33,195 nucleotides of DNA from Thermoplasmatota archaeon (GCA_036795795.1 DAIRED010000001.1:1-33195); one strand, 5' to 3'. Counted from the stretch's first letter, positions 15,687 to 23,841 are shown. Program-made: numbers and translations. The notes: generated by a model not told the origin, from the letters alone.

Positions 15687-18600
15687 TCATTTTGAGTATA
15701 TTAACGATTGAATTATTAATGTTGATGGGTGATGTGGCCGTACTAGTAAATTGGAGCCTTTTTTATATATTTTTGCATTTAAACATGATTCGTCAAATGC
15801 AGCCATGGCCGATATATATCTGGGCAAGTTTTCGTTTATTAATGAGGAGGTTTCTTTGATATTCTTTGATAATTTTTCAGATGTTTTAAATGTAGTTTTT
15901 GAGCTAATCATTTGTGTACCGTCTGTATCTTGCTGGAAAAATAACGGCGACTTTTCAAAACATATTGATAAGAACTTAGCAATCATTATCCCTGGCGAAC
16001 AATTTTTATAAAATTTCTTTATTATCTCGCTAATTATATCGCATTTAAATTCACTTTTAATAATCCTAGAAGTTCTTCGATATTCAGATTCGATAATTAA
16101 TTCCCAATTTCTATACCACTTCATTTGTTTACTCAATAATTTTCCAATTAACAAGCGATCGTTTGATGGTACTAGAACATAATATCCTGGATGGCATACA
16201 CTTTTGTTTAGACTAACATAATATAATGGTCCACCAATTAAACCCGCACCAATATCTGCAATTATTTCATCCGCAAGCTCCGTTAATTTATTTCTTATTG
16301 CGAAGACTATTCTCTTATATTGCTTCTTCTTATCATATTTATTCAACGTTATTAGTATCAATTCTTGCAATCTTACCCTGAGATCATTTATTATATTTAT
16401 TGGATCGCTTGAATCTTCATGTCCAGCATCCGTTTGATCGATAATAAAATGCATAGCTTCGTGCGCAACTAAAGGAAAAGTATCGAACATATCTAATTTG
16501 GTATGTATTGGAACCATTAATAATTGATGGAATGAATCCACGGTAATTTGTGTTGGGTCACCAACGCCTGAAAAAGATGTGGACACAATCCCAGACCAGG
16601 ATCTTGAAAACTTATATGGGCAACAATATTTATAAACACTTGCTTTATTTTTATCATATGTAATCTTGTAAGAATATGTGTTGTCCTGATATATTAATTT
16701 ATTTTTTATTTGAATTACTTTAGTTAAATCGCCATCAATAGAATACCCATATCCGTTAATAATTTCTTTTATAGTTTGGGGATTTTGTAGCTCGTTTTCT
16801 GTATTATATTGAAATTGTAATATTTCACGATTTCTCATTATATGTCCATATTTACTTAACAACACTCCGCAGTAATCTTTCATGAGATTATTAAGGCCCA
16901 CAGAAATTAAATCTAAAAGGCCTGCACGTTCGCCAACTCGAATTATTGGATCCGAGATTGTGCCTAATTGTAACCCCTCTAATTGTTCATTATATGTTCC
17001 AATAACCGCATCAAGATTTTTATAATATCGACGGGCACTCATTCGTAATAAATACAATTTATCCCACATGTCTTTATTTATTTCCATTTGTTTCGCACTC
17101 TTACTGAATATCGTATTTAATGAATTAATATCATGATAAATTTCTTCGATAAAAAGGTCGAAAAAAGGAGTGGGTGATAAGAATTCAGCTTCATTAATTT
17201 TCCAAATATGTGACACTTGTTTTGCCCGATATAACAACCATTCAAGTTGAAATTTTAAATCGTATATTTGTCGATAATATGGATTTTTATGTAAATCGAA
17301 TCCCAGATTTCCCCAGCATTTTTCAGTGATTTCGCATACATTACCAGGAGTGTCGAACGCTAAACCGGTCTTTATTGATTTTGGTACTGTTCCTTTTTTT
17401 ACTAGGTCTCCGAACCATTGAGGAATTGTCACAACTCTACGAATGCCAGGCATTGTCCGTATTTTGTTGGTAGTATCATAAATAATCATTCTAGGGTTAG
17501 TCGACAATACTGAGATAGACCCATCCCAAAACCCCATTTCTTCAACACCCCGCATACCAGCTTTTGGAGAATATGGGTGTTTAAGAGCACCCATAATTTG
17601 ATTTAATTTATTATTATCATTTTCACCATCAGTTTCTATTAAAATATTATAAAACATTTTTTGTTTACTAGAAATTGGTTCGAGCATCCCATTTATATGA
17701 TTTTTAAAATCATGTCGAAATTTTGCATTTTCAGACCATAATTCACCCAATCGAATATGTGGATATTTTTGGTCTTTCAACTTTATAATACCTTTTTCTT
17801 TCGCCAACCGCTCAGCATCTGAATATATGTTCCAACAAACAATACTGGAAGTGTCATAAATTTCTGAACTTAACTCATCACGTAAGCGTGTGATAATTTC
17901 ATAGTAACTTGAGAGATTATTAAAACCCCATTGAACCATTATTCTCCATGAAGTAAAAGTAAGAAATGTTTGTGGGGCATCAATATCCGGATTGGCTTTT
18001 ATTGTTTTCCATATCTTATTAATAATTTTATTGACCCTAGTCATGGTTATTTTTCCATCGACTCTCTTCGGCATGATGAATGTATACACAAGGTAAGGAC
18101 TTTTTATTTGATGCCACCTTACCATATCTTCGAATATCGTTGTGGTTTTGTATTTTCCTAGATAATATTGAATACAAGGAACCCCAATTAAATCACCAAC
18201 TCCAGGTATCTTAGAAATTAATGCTCTTAATAAACTATCCCAATACAAATGTGTAGTTCCGGTAAATGCTAATAAATCACATTTCCCCATAACAATACCT
18301 TTATGAATTGATAAACGAAAATGGCACGGGAAGTAAGAGAAAAATCCACAATCTCGACCATAATGATTTTGAGCAGATTTGCACCTAGAACGGAGTAAAC
18401 CATAGTGTATATTTTCCATTTCATTATCATTTACTACAGTATCCATCCAAGAGATAAGTGTGAATAGCTTTTCTTTTGTAGAATTCGATAATTTTGAGCT
18501 TACCGCGAGTTCCGATACCATTAGAATCAAATTTGTATCAGAAATTACTTTTGTAGGAGATAGGCTATTTAAAAATTGTCGTATTTTACCATAACTTTTT

Positions 18601-18827
18601 GACTCAATAGAATATCGGCCATATAAATCATCGTGAATTTCCTTCCATAATTTCAAGCCTTCGGGGGATGTCCATACACCTGACGCTCCGACAATTTTAT
18701 ACGAAATTTTTTCGATTGAATCTAGAATTGATAATATGTCATGCCACCCAGCATTGTTTGTCGCAATCAAATTCAAAGAGAATAACCTAATGGACGTTAT
18801 ATACCTACTACCCATTTGTTTCCCCAC
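15687..18827 (-). CDS. Large orphan protein (1046 aa) with a C-terminal zincin-like metallopeptidase signature
   Basis: This is the only long ORF in the AT-rich DNA, where random stops are frequent, so it is almost certainly coding. HEAMH at residues 789-793 (16449-16463) is followed ~60 aa later by ELADEIIADIGAGLIGGPLYY. I saw no Walker A motif, no YxDD and no obvious TM helices. GTG at 18827; first ATG at 18815. Confidence 0.9.
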   Translation of the reverse strand: MGKQMGSRYITSIRLFSLNLIATNNAGWHDILSILDSIEKISYKIVGASGVWTSPEGLKLWKEIHDDLYGRYSIESKSYGKIRQFLNSLSPTKVISDTNLILMVSELAVSSKLSNSTKEKLFTLISWMDTVVNDNEMENIHYGLLRSRCKSAQNHYGRDCGFFSYFPCHFRLSIHKGIVMGKCDLLAFTGTTHLYWDSLLRALISKIPGVGDLIGVPCIQYYLGKYKTTTIFEDMVRWHQIKSPYLVYTFIMPKRVDGKITMTRVNKIINKIWKTIKANPDIDAPQTFLTFTSWRIMVQWGFNNLSSYYEIITRLRDELSSEIYDTSSIVCWNIYSDAERLAKEKGIIKLKDQKYPHIRLGELWSENAKFRHDFKNHINGMLEPISSKQKMFYNILIETDGENDNNKLNQIMGALKHPYSPKAGMRGVEEMGFWDGSISVLSTNPRMIIYDTTNKIRTMPGIRRVVTIPQWFGDLVKKGTVPKSIKTGLAFDTPGNVCEITEKCWGNLGFDLHKNPYYRQIYDLKFQLEWLLYRAKQVSHIWKINEAEFLSPTPFFDLFIEEIYHDINSLNTIFSKSAKQMEINKDMWDKLYLLRMSARRYYKNLDAVIGTYNEQLEGLQLGTISDPIIRVGERAGLLDLISVGLNNLMKDYCGVLLSKYGHIMRNREILQFQYNTENELQNPQTIKEIINGYGYSIDGDLTKVIQIKNKLIYQDNTYSYKITYDKNKASVYKYCCPYKFSRSWSGIVSTSFSGVGDPTQITVDSFHQLLMVPIHTKLDMFDTFPLVAHEAMHFIIDQTDAGHEDSSDPINIINDLRVRLQELILITLNKYDKKKQYKRIVFAIRNKLTELADEIIADIGAGLIGGPLYYVSLNKSVCHPGYYVLVPSNDRLLIGKLLSKQMKWYRNWELIIESEYRRTSRIIKSEFKCDIISEIIKKFYKNCSPGIMIAKFLSICFEKSPLFFQQDTDGTQMISSKTTFKTSEKLSKNIKETSSLINENLPRYISAMAAFDESCLNAKIYKKGSNLLVRPHHPSTLIIQSLIYSK

Positions 18828-18872
18828 ATATCATTTGACATATAGGAAATAACCGCATACTTAATAAAATTA

Positions 18873-18899
18873 TTTATAACATTTATAACGTTTATAACA
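18873..18899. repeat. Three tandem 9-bp repeats (TTTATAACA / TTTATAACG / TTTATAACA) upstream of the 1046-aa ORF; iteron/operator or multiple TATA boxes
   Basis: Read directly at 18873-18881, 18882-18890 and 18891-18899. On the coding (minus) strand each unit reads (T/C)GTTATAAA. The array lies 46-84 nt upstream of the candidate starts and 28 nt downstream of the wHTH gene stop. Confidence 0.8.
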
Positions 18900-18926
18900 G
18901 TAATCTCAGATGAATAATTATTATTC

Positions 18927-19310
18927 CTATTTTTTCCTTAATTTATATTTTGTCTTTCGCCCCTTCGCAGGCCTAATTTCATCGAGATAGTTATTATCCT
19001 TCAACCTCTGAATCAAACGAAGAGCGGCGGGATAGGAAATATTGCGCTCCTGAGATATATCTCCAATAGAAAGCCCATCTAATCCTTTTAACTCTGCGGC
19101 TTCGAATAACGACACTAATTCGCGGGCTCTTACCGTTATTTTTTTCCCATTATGTGCCTGAATATCCTCAATTGTTGTTTCTATCATTTTCAATCGAGTA
19201 TCAATGGATTCGATTCGCTTGGATAATTCCATATAAATTTTTGTCACGTTGAGACTGACAACCTCCACACTCCTCTGTATCTGATCTAGCTTGAGGTCTT
19301 TTTCTACCAT
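18927..19310 (-). CDS. Coiled-coil + winged-helix (MarR/ArsR-like) DNA-binding protein
   Basis: 127 aa. The N-terminal ~60 aa are heptad-like (LKLDQIQRSVEVVSLNVTKIYMELSKRIESIDTRLKMIETTIEDIQ). The C-terminus, LSIGDISQERNISYPAALRLIQRLKDNNYLDEIRPAKGRKTKYKL, fits an HTH plus wing. ATG start, TAG stop. Confidence 0.8.
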   Translation of the reverse strand: MVEKDLKLDQIQRSVEVVSLNVTKIYMELSKRIESIDTRLKMIETTIEDIQAHNGKKITVRARELVSLFEAAELKGLDGLSIGDISQERNISYPAALRLIQRLKDNNYLDEIRPAKGRKTKYKLRKK

Positions 19311-19442
19311 ATTTTTACCGCCTTTGAATAATCATCAGATATGAGTACCATAATATTTATATGTTATGTATATTTTTATAGATTACATAATTCAAACCTC
19401 ACTGTAATGATGTGTAAAAAATGATTTGGTTGCATGAATAAG

Positions 19443-19625
19443 TTATTTTTTTCTCCTTTTTATTATTATTCCCTCATCCTCCCAACATATAACTAACGAT
19501 TGGGGGATGTTCAATGGCTTCCTTAATGCTTTCTCAATTTCAATATAGGGGATAATCTCATCGAGTGGATACGCCATTTGCTCACTTTTATTCCCTAATT
19601 TATTATTCTTATTATTTTTTTTCAT
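19443..19625 (-). CDS. Small basic hypothetical protein (60 aa)
   Basis: An ATG ORF within the AT-rich island with Lys/Asn-rich termini. Its translation-initiation context resembles that of the wHTH gene (ATTCAAA..GG..GGT..TAAA-ATG). An internal ATG at residue 17 is an alternative start. Confidence 0.55.
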   Translation of the reverse strand: MKKNNKNNKLGNKSEQMAYPLDEIIPYIEIEKALRKPLNIPQSLVICWEDEGIIIKRRKK

Positions 19626-19647
19626 TTTACACCAACCCTTTTTGAAT

Positions 19648-19665
19648 ATAACATATATATGTTAT
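19648..19665. promoter_or_regulatory. Perfect 18-nt palindrome ATAACATATATATGTTAT upstream of the 60-aa ORF (operator overlapping a TATA-like core)
   Basis: All 9 base pairs of symmetry were verified by hand. It lies 23-40 nt upstream of ATG 19625. The half-site ATATGTTAT recurs at 19359-19367 upstream of the wHTH gene. Confidence 0.6.
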
Positions 19666-19787
19666 CTAATATTTAAACATTTTTACCCATTTGATTATAG
19701 GCCACCACCCTATAAAATCCAACGAGTTTATCCGCTTTTATCGTATATATTTCGCTACTCGCCATCAGAGATTCACCGAAATTTTCA

Positions 19788-19898
19788 TTATTTTCCAGTA
19801 CCACCACGCTCCCTCTCGCGCTCCCACGGCTTCTTCTCGAAGAAGTCCTTGTCCCCCGGCTCGTCGCCAAAGTACTGGCCGGCGAAGTTGGCGGTCAC
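19788..19898 (-). CDS. Possible 36-aa ORF coupled to the phosphopantothenate synthetase gene, ending exactly at the island border
   Basis: A GTG at 19898-19896 overlaps the upstream TGA (GTGA). The translation is (M)TANFAGQYFGDEPGDKDFFEKKPWERERERGGTGK. Its TAA stop lies in the first AT-rich bases of the island. Confidence 0.3.
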   Translation of the reverse strand: MTANFAGQYFGDEPGDKDFFEKKPWERERERGGTGK

Positions 19899-20638
19899 CG
19901 CCCGACGAGGTTGCGCGCCATCGCCCTTCCCGCCTCGGCGAGCGCGGCCGCGTTGTCGAAGCCGTCCGCGACCTTCCGCAGCCTCGATTCCGGCCACTTG
20001 CGCATCTCCGCGACCGCGCGGGCGACGTTCGGTACAGCGCGCGTCAGCTCGTCCACGATTGTGACGTGCGCCGCCCTTGCCGTCCGCGAAAGGGGGTTCA
20101 GGTCCACCGCAATTACAACTTTGCCGAACCTGACCAGCGCCTCGGCTCGGTCCCCGTCCTCCAGGGGGACGAAGACGATGTCGGCGGTGAAAATGCCTTC
20201 CTCGGAGCAGTGGGCCCGGGGCTGCGCCAGCTTTGGTATGAGCCTCGTCGCGTCGCGGCCGAGGACGCCCTTCGCCCCGAGCATCTCCATGTGCGCGACG
20301 ACTCGCCCGATGCGCGCCTCGCTCCTGTGGAACAGGTTGACTTCCAGCCTCGCCGGGACCGCCTTCGAGAGGGCTATCATCTCCCGACCGGCCAGCGCTG
20401 CCACGTTGCCGTTGACGGATAGCACGGGGTTTTTCGCCAGGACGAGATGCGCCGCCGCCGCCTTCGCCGCCCGCAGTGCGAACGGATGCGTGCGCTCCCC
20501 GAGCATGTAGTCGAATGCCTCGCCGCGCCCGTGGGCGATGAGGCCGGTCCGCGCGACAATCCCGTCGTCGGAGAGCTTGGAGAGAGATTCGCGGGTCTTC
20601 AGAGACTTGTACCGCGGGTGCGAGCGTGGCACATTCAT
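19895..20638 (-). CDS. Archaeal phosphopantothenate synthetase (4-phosphopantoate--beta-alanine ligase, COG1701 family)
   Basis: The track ORF (390 aa) was trimmed to ATG 20638. The family pattern is HPRYKSLKTRE...GLIAHGRGEAFDYMLGERT...PVLSVNGNVAAL...EVNLFHRS...VFVPLEDGDRAEAL...VIAVDLNPLSRTA...IVDELTRA. 247 aa. Confidence 0.88.
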   Translation of the reverse strand: MNVPRSHPRYKSLKTRESLSKLSDDGIVARTGLIAHGRGEAFDYMLGERTHPFALRAAKAAAAHLVLAKNPVLSVNGNVAALAGREMIALSKAVPARLEVNLFHRSEARIGRVVAHMEMLGAKGVLGRDATRLIPKLAQPRAHCSEEGIFTADIVFVPLEDGDRAEALVRFGKVVIAVDLNPLSRTARAAHVTIVDELTRAVPNVARAVAEMRKWPESRLRKVADGFDNAAALAEAGRAMARNLVGR

Positions 20639-21075
20639 TTCGGCCCCTCCGAGAAGATGTCCCTCTCCGACGGCCTCGCGTCGTCGCTGAGGTACTGGCC
20701 GAAGAAACCGCCGACGACGAGGCACACGAACGATGCCAGGATGACCGGCGATGCCATCCGCAGGACGTTGAGGACGACGTCCCCGGCGAACGTCCCGTCG
20801 ATTCCCGGCGCGGTCAGCGGCGCGAGCACCAGCAGCGAGGCGAAGCCGCACCCCGCGGCGAGCGCTCCGTGGTTGGTCACGATGACCCTGTCCATCCCGT
20901 CCACCATCAAGCCCGCCGCGAGCCCCAGGCCGAAGGCCACCAGCGCAGGCAGGTACATCGGCGCCCTCTCTGTGAGCGGGAAGGTGACGTTCGGAAGGAC
21001 GACGTAGAAGTACGTGTACCCGAGCGGGACGCCGCAGGCTAGCGCCACCAGTATCCAGACAATCCACCGTCTCAT
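20635..21075 (-). CDS. Small integral membrane protein (about four hydrophobic helices)
   Basis: Trimmed to ATG 21075 (MRRWIVWILVALACGVPLGY...). It has ATGA overlaps with both neighbours, at 21072-21075 and 20635-20638. Confidence 0.7.
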   Translation of the reverse strand: MRRWIVWILVALACGVPLGYTYFYVVLPNVTFPLTERAPMYLPALVAFGLGLAAGLMVDGMDRVIVTNHGALAAGCGFASLLVLAPLTAPGIDGTFAGDVVLNVLRMASPVILASFVCLVVGGFFGQYLSDDARPSERDIFSEGPK

Positions 21076-21752
21076 CCGGGCGCCCCCGTCAGGCCGGCCG
21101 ATGCCGAATTGATGTTCTGCCCCAGGTAACGGCGGGTCACTGCCATCTCCGAGAGGTAGCCCGTGTTGAGCCCCGGGTAATCCCTCGGTACGCCGTAGAC
21201 GTAAAGGGTGACCTGGCAATAGTGTTCCCACGTCGGTTCGCCGGACGCGAGGATGTCCTCCACAGCCGCGAATGTCTCCTCCGAGGCGTTCCTGGCGAAG
21301 ATCATCTGGATTGCCGTCACGTTGGCCGTCCCCCCCGCCTCGATGATGTCGTCCTGCACGTCAATGATCCTGAATACAGGGTAGAAGAGCATCCGGCTCC
21401 CGTCCTCCAGCCTCACCTGCCCCTCGTCGCGCATCCTCTCCGGCGCGAGGCCGTCCTCCGCGGGGACGTCACGTATCCAGCCTTGGTACGTCACGACGTT
21501 CAGCTGCATCGGCTTGCCGCCTGGGTTGTGGACGACGAGGCTCACTTCCAGCTCCAGCGAGGTGACGTTCGCGCCCTCGTATGAGGGGGTGATGGCGACG
21601 TCGAGCGCGACCTCGGTCAGTATCCTCGATTCCACCAGGTCCGAGTAGTTCACCGCCGTGCCGACTGAGAAGATGCCAGATACTGCCAAGGCGACGGCCA
21701 GGGAGACGACGGCAATCCTCTTCCGGGGCGATGCTTTCGCGAATGGCCGCAT
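21072..21752 (-). CDS. Membrane-anchored protein, tentatively with a LEA_2/WHy-like beta-sandwich ectodomain
   Basis: Trimmed to ATG 21752. It has an N-terminal anchor (IAVVSLAVALAVSGIFSV), then LELEVSLVVHNPGGKPMQLNVVTYQGWI, which resembles the NPN..p..l pattern of LEA_2 domains. The domain call is weak. Confidence 0.6.
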   Translation of the reverse strand: MRPFAKASPRKRIAVVSLAVALAVSGIFSVGTAVNYSDLVESRILTEVALDVAITPSYEGANVTSLELEVSLVVHNPGGKPMQLNVVTYQGWIRDVPAEDGLAPERMRDEGQVRLEDGSRMLFYPVFRIIDVQDDIIEAGGTANVTAIQMIFARNASEETFAAVEDILASGEPTWEHYCQVTLYVYGVPRDYPGLNTGYLSEMAVTRRYLGQNINSASAGLTGAPG

Positions 21753-21756
21753 CGGC

Positions 21757-22827
21757 CTATCCCTCGCCCTCTTTTGTCTCGGCGGGGCTCTCCGAAGATG
21801 CCGCCGCCTCGAAGGCCGCCAGCCCCTTGTCATAAATCGCCTGGGCGAAGTGGCACATGACCGTGTGGCCGGGAGCGACCTCGACCATCGGCGGGTCCGT
21901 TTCGGTGCATACCTGCTTCTTCAGGACGCAGCGCGGGTGGAATCTGCAGCCAGTCGGCAGGTTTATCGGGCTGGGCATGTCGCCCTTAATCGGCACGTCG
22001 GCGTAGACGTAGTCCGGGTCCGGCACCGGCACTGCAGCCAGCAGCGCGATGGTGTACGGGTGCCCGGGCGTGAGGATGACGTCGTCGGTCTTGGCCATCT
22101 CGACAACCTTGCCCAGGTACATGACCGCGATGCGGTCGGACATGTAGCGCGCCACGGCGACGTCATGGGTGATGAATAGGAACGGCATCCCGTACTTCTC
22201 GCGCAGGTCGAGCATCAGGTTCATCACGCCTACGCGGATGGAGATGTCCAGCATCGACACGGGCTCGTCGGCGACGATGCACTTGGGATTGACGACAAGC
22301 GCCCGCGCGATGGCGACGCGCTGCCTCTGCCCGCCGCTGAGCTCGTGCGGGTACCGGTCCAGCATCTCCTCTGCCGGCCGCAGCCCGGCGTCCTCCAGCG
22401 CCCTGATGACGGCGGCGACGCGCTCCTCCGGGCTCTGGTCCGGTTCGTGAACGGTCAGCGGGTCGGCGACGGCCTGGAAGACCGTGAAGCGCGGGTTGAG
22501 GGACTCGTACGGATCCTGGAATATCATCTGGAAGTTGCGCCTGAACGAGACGAGGTCGCGCTTGCTCAGCTTCGCTATGTCGTAGCCCATGAAGTCTATG
22601 CTTCCGTCGGTCGGGTTGTCCAGCCTCGTCAGCATCCGGCCGGCGGTCGTCTTGCCGCAGCCGGACTCGCCCACGAGCCCGAGAATCTCGCCGCGCCGGA
22701 TGTCGAAGCTGATGCCATCGACCGCCTTCACGTAGAGGTCGGACTTGCCGAACGAGAAGAGCCCCTTCTGCTTGAGGGGGAAGTACTTCTTCAGCTGCTG
22801 GACGCGCACGACGATTTCGTCGCTCAC
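21757..22827 (-). CDS. oppF: Oligopeptide/dipeptide ABC transporter ATP-binding protein (OppF/DppF-like)
   Basis: The GTG start overlaps the oppD stop (GTGA at 22824-22827). Walker A is GESGCGKTT, the signature is LSGGQRQR, Walker B is IVADEP, and the oligopeptide C-terminal domain carries [11 protein letters not shown] stop at 21757. Confidence 0.92.
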   Translation of the reverse strand: MSDEIVVRVQQLKKYFPLKQKGLFSFGKSDLYVKAVDGISFDIRRGEILGLVGESGCGKTTAGRMLTRLDNPTDGSIDFMGYDIAKLSKRDLVSFRRNFQMIFQDPYESLNPRFTVFQAVADPLTVHEPDQSPEERVAAVIRALEDAGLRPAEEMLDRYPHELSGGQRQRVAIARALVVNPKCIVADEPVSMLDISIRVGVMNLMLDLREKYGMPFLFITHDVAVARYMSDRIAVMYLGKVVEMAKTDDVILTPGHPYTIALLAAVPVPDPDYVYADVPIKGDMPSPINLPTGCRFHPRCVLKKQVCTETDPPMVEVAPGHTVMCHFAQAIYDKGLAAFEAAASSESPAETKEGEG

Positions 22828-23840
22828 TTCTTCACCTCCAGCTTCCCCGAGTGGAACTTCTCGGCGTAGTGGCACAGGCTGAAATGCCCGGGGGAGACCT
22901 CGACGCGCTTCGGCTCCTCGGCCTTGCACTTCTCGGTCGCGTACCGGCAACGCGGGTGGAACCTGCAACCAGTCGGTGGCTTGAGCAGGCTGGGCGGGGT
23001 GCCCGGAATCGTCGCCAGGCGCTTCTTCGGCCCGGTGATGCTCGGGAAGCCTCCCAGCAGCGCCTCGGCGTACGGGTGGGCGGTCTCCTTGAATATCTCG
23101 CTCGCCGTGCCCTTCTCGACTATCTTGCCGGCGTACATCACGGCCAGGTGCTTGGACACCTTCGCCACGACCGAGACGTCGTGGGTGATGATTATCATCG
23201 CCATTCCGAACTTCTTCTGTATCTTCACTATCTCGTTGAGTATCCTGCGCTGCGTGATGACGTCCAGCGCCGTCGTCGGCTCGTCGGCGATGATGAGCGC
23301 CGGGTTGAGGGCCAGCGCCATCGCAATCATCGCGCGCTGCTTCATCCCGCCGCTGTACTCGTGGGGGAAGTTGTCGATGCGGTCCGTCGGAACGCCGATG
23401 AGGCTGTACAGCTTGGCCACGCGCTCCCTCGCCTCGGCGACGGTCACATCCTCGTGGATGCGTATCGCCTCGACTATCTGGTCCCCAACGGTGTAGACCG
23501 GGTTGAAGGCGTTCATCGCCCCCTGGAATATCATCGATATCTCCTTCCAGCGGAGCTTGGTCAGCTCGGGGTGGTAGTCGCGGAGCGTGCCGTCCTTGCG
23601 CATCGTCATCGCGGTGAGGTTGCGGCCTTTGAAGTTGACGCTGCCGCCGTGGATGTGCGCGTTGCCGGGCAGGAGCTGCGTGACCGCGTAGCCCAGGGTG
23701 GTTTTCCCGCAACCCGACTCGCCCACGAGCCCGAGCGTCTCGCCCGCCTCTAGGGTGAGGCTTATGTCGTCGACTGCGCGCACCCATCCGGCCCGGACCT
23801 TGAAGTACACCTTGAGGTCGCTGACTTCCAGCAGAGACAT
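22824..23840 (-). CDS. oppD: Oligopeptide/dipeptide ABC transporter ATP-binding protein (OppD/DppD-like)
   Basis: 338 aa. MSLLEVSDLKVYF, Walker [10 protein letters not shown], signature YSGGMKQR, Walker B IIADEPTTALD, and C-terminal GCRFHPRC. Confidence 0.95.
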   Translation of the reverse strand: MSLLEVSDLKVYFKVRAGWVRAVDDISLTLEAGETLGLVGESGCGKTTLGYAVTQLLPGNAHIHGGSVNFKGRNLTAMTMRKDGTLRDYHPELTKLRWKEISMIFQGAMNAFNPVYTVGDQIVEAIRIHEDVTVAEARERVAKLYSLIGVPTDRIDNFPHEYSGGMKQRAMIAMALALNPALIIADEPTTALDVITQRRILNEIVKIQKKFGMAMIIITHDVSVVAKVSKHLAVMYAGKIVEKGTASEIFKETAHPYAEALLGGFPSITGPKKRLATIPGTPPSLLKPPTGCRFHPRCRYATEKCKAEEPKRVEVSPGHFSLCHYAEKFHSGKLEVKK

Positions 23841-23841
23841 C

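Larger units (their letters stand above)
15590..19795. other. AT-rich, horizontally acquired-looking island (~4.2 kb) with three co-oriented ORFs and no recognisable mobility genes
   Basis: Hand counts of G+C are 16/60 at 16021-16080 and 14/60 at 17581-17640, versus 46/60 at 14281-14340 and 38/60 at 9001-9060. Composition switches abruptly at ~15590-15600 and ~19790-19800. Codon usage is A/T-rich (AAA, AAT, ATT, TTA), unlike the flanks. Confidence 0.85.

Noticed and set aside
15677-15689. Similarity between atcaccagattca (15677-15689) and atcagagattca (19764-19775), considered as candidate island direct repeats.
   Set aside because: The match needs a gap and has mismatches over only 12-13 nt of AT-rich sequence. 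The left copy also overlaps the stop codon of the large ORF. This is not distinguishable from chance.
18873-18899. The possibility that the tandem repeats are a CRISPR array.
   Set aside because: The units are 9 bp, directly abutting with no spacers, and there are only three copies. No CRISPR-like repeat-spacer structure occurs anywhere in the window.
19788-19898. Resemblance of the 36-aa ORF (FAGQYFGDEPGDKDFFEKK) to the C-terminus of the 146-aa membrane protein (FFGQYLSDDARPSERDIFSE), considered as a duplicated fragment.
   Set aside because: Only about 9 loosely matching residues are shared. That is too short to infer duplication without a database or alignment test.
19642-20064. Plus-strand ORFs spanning the right island border (19642..20064 and 19691..20422) and the minus-strand ORF 19673..19870.
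   Set aside because: They cross the composition boundary, have Arg/Pro/Ser-rich translations in the GC-rich part, and overlap the well-supported phosphopantothenate synthetase gene on the opposite strand.
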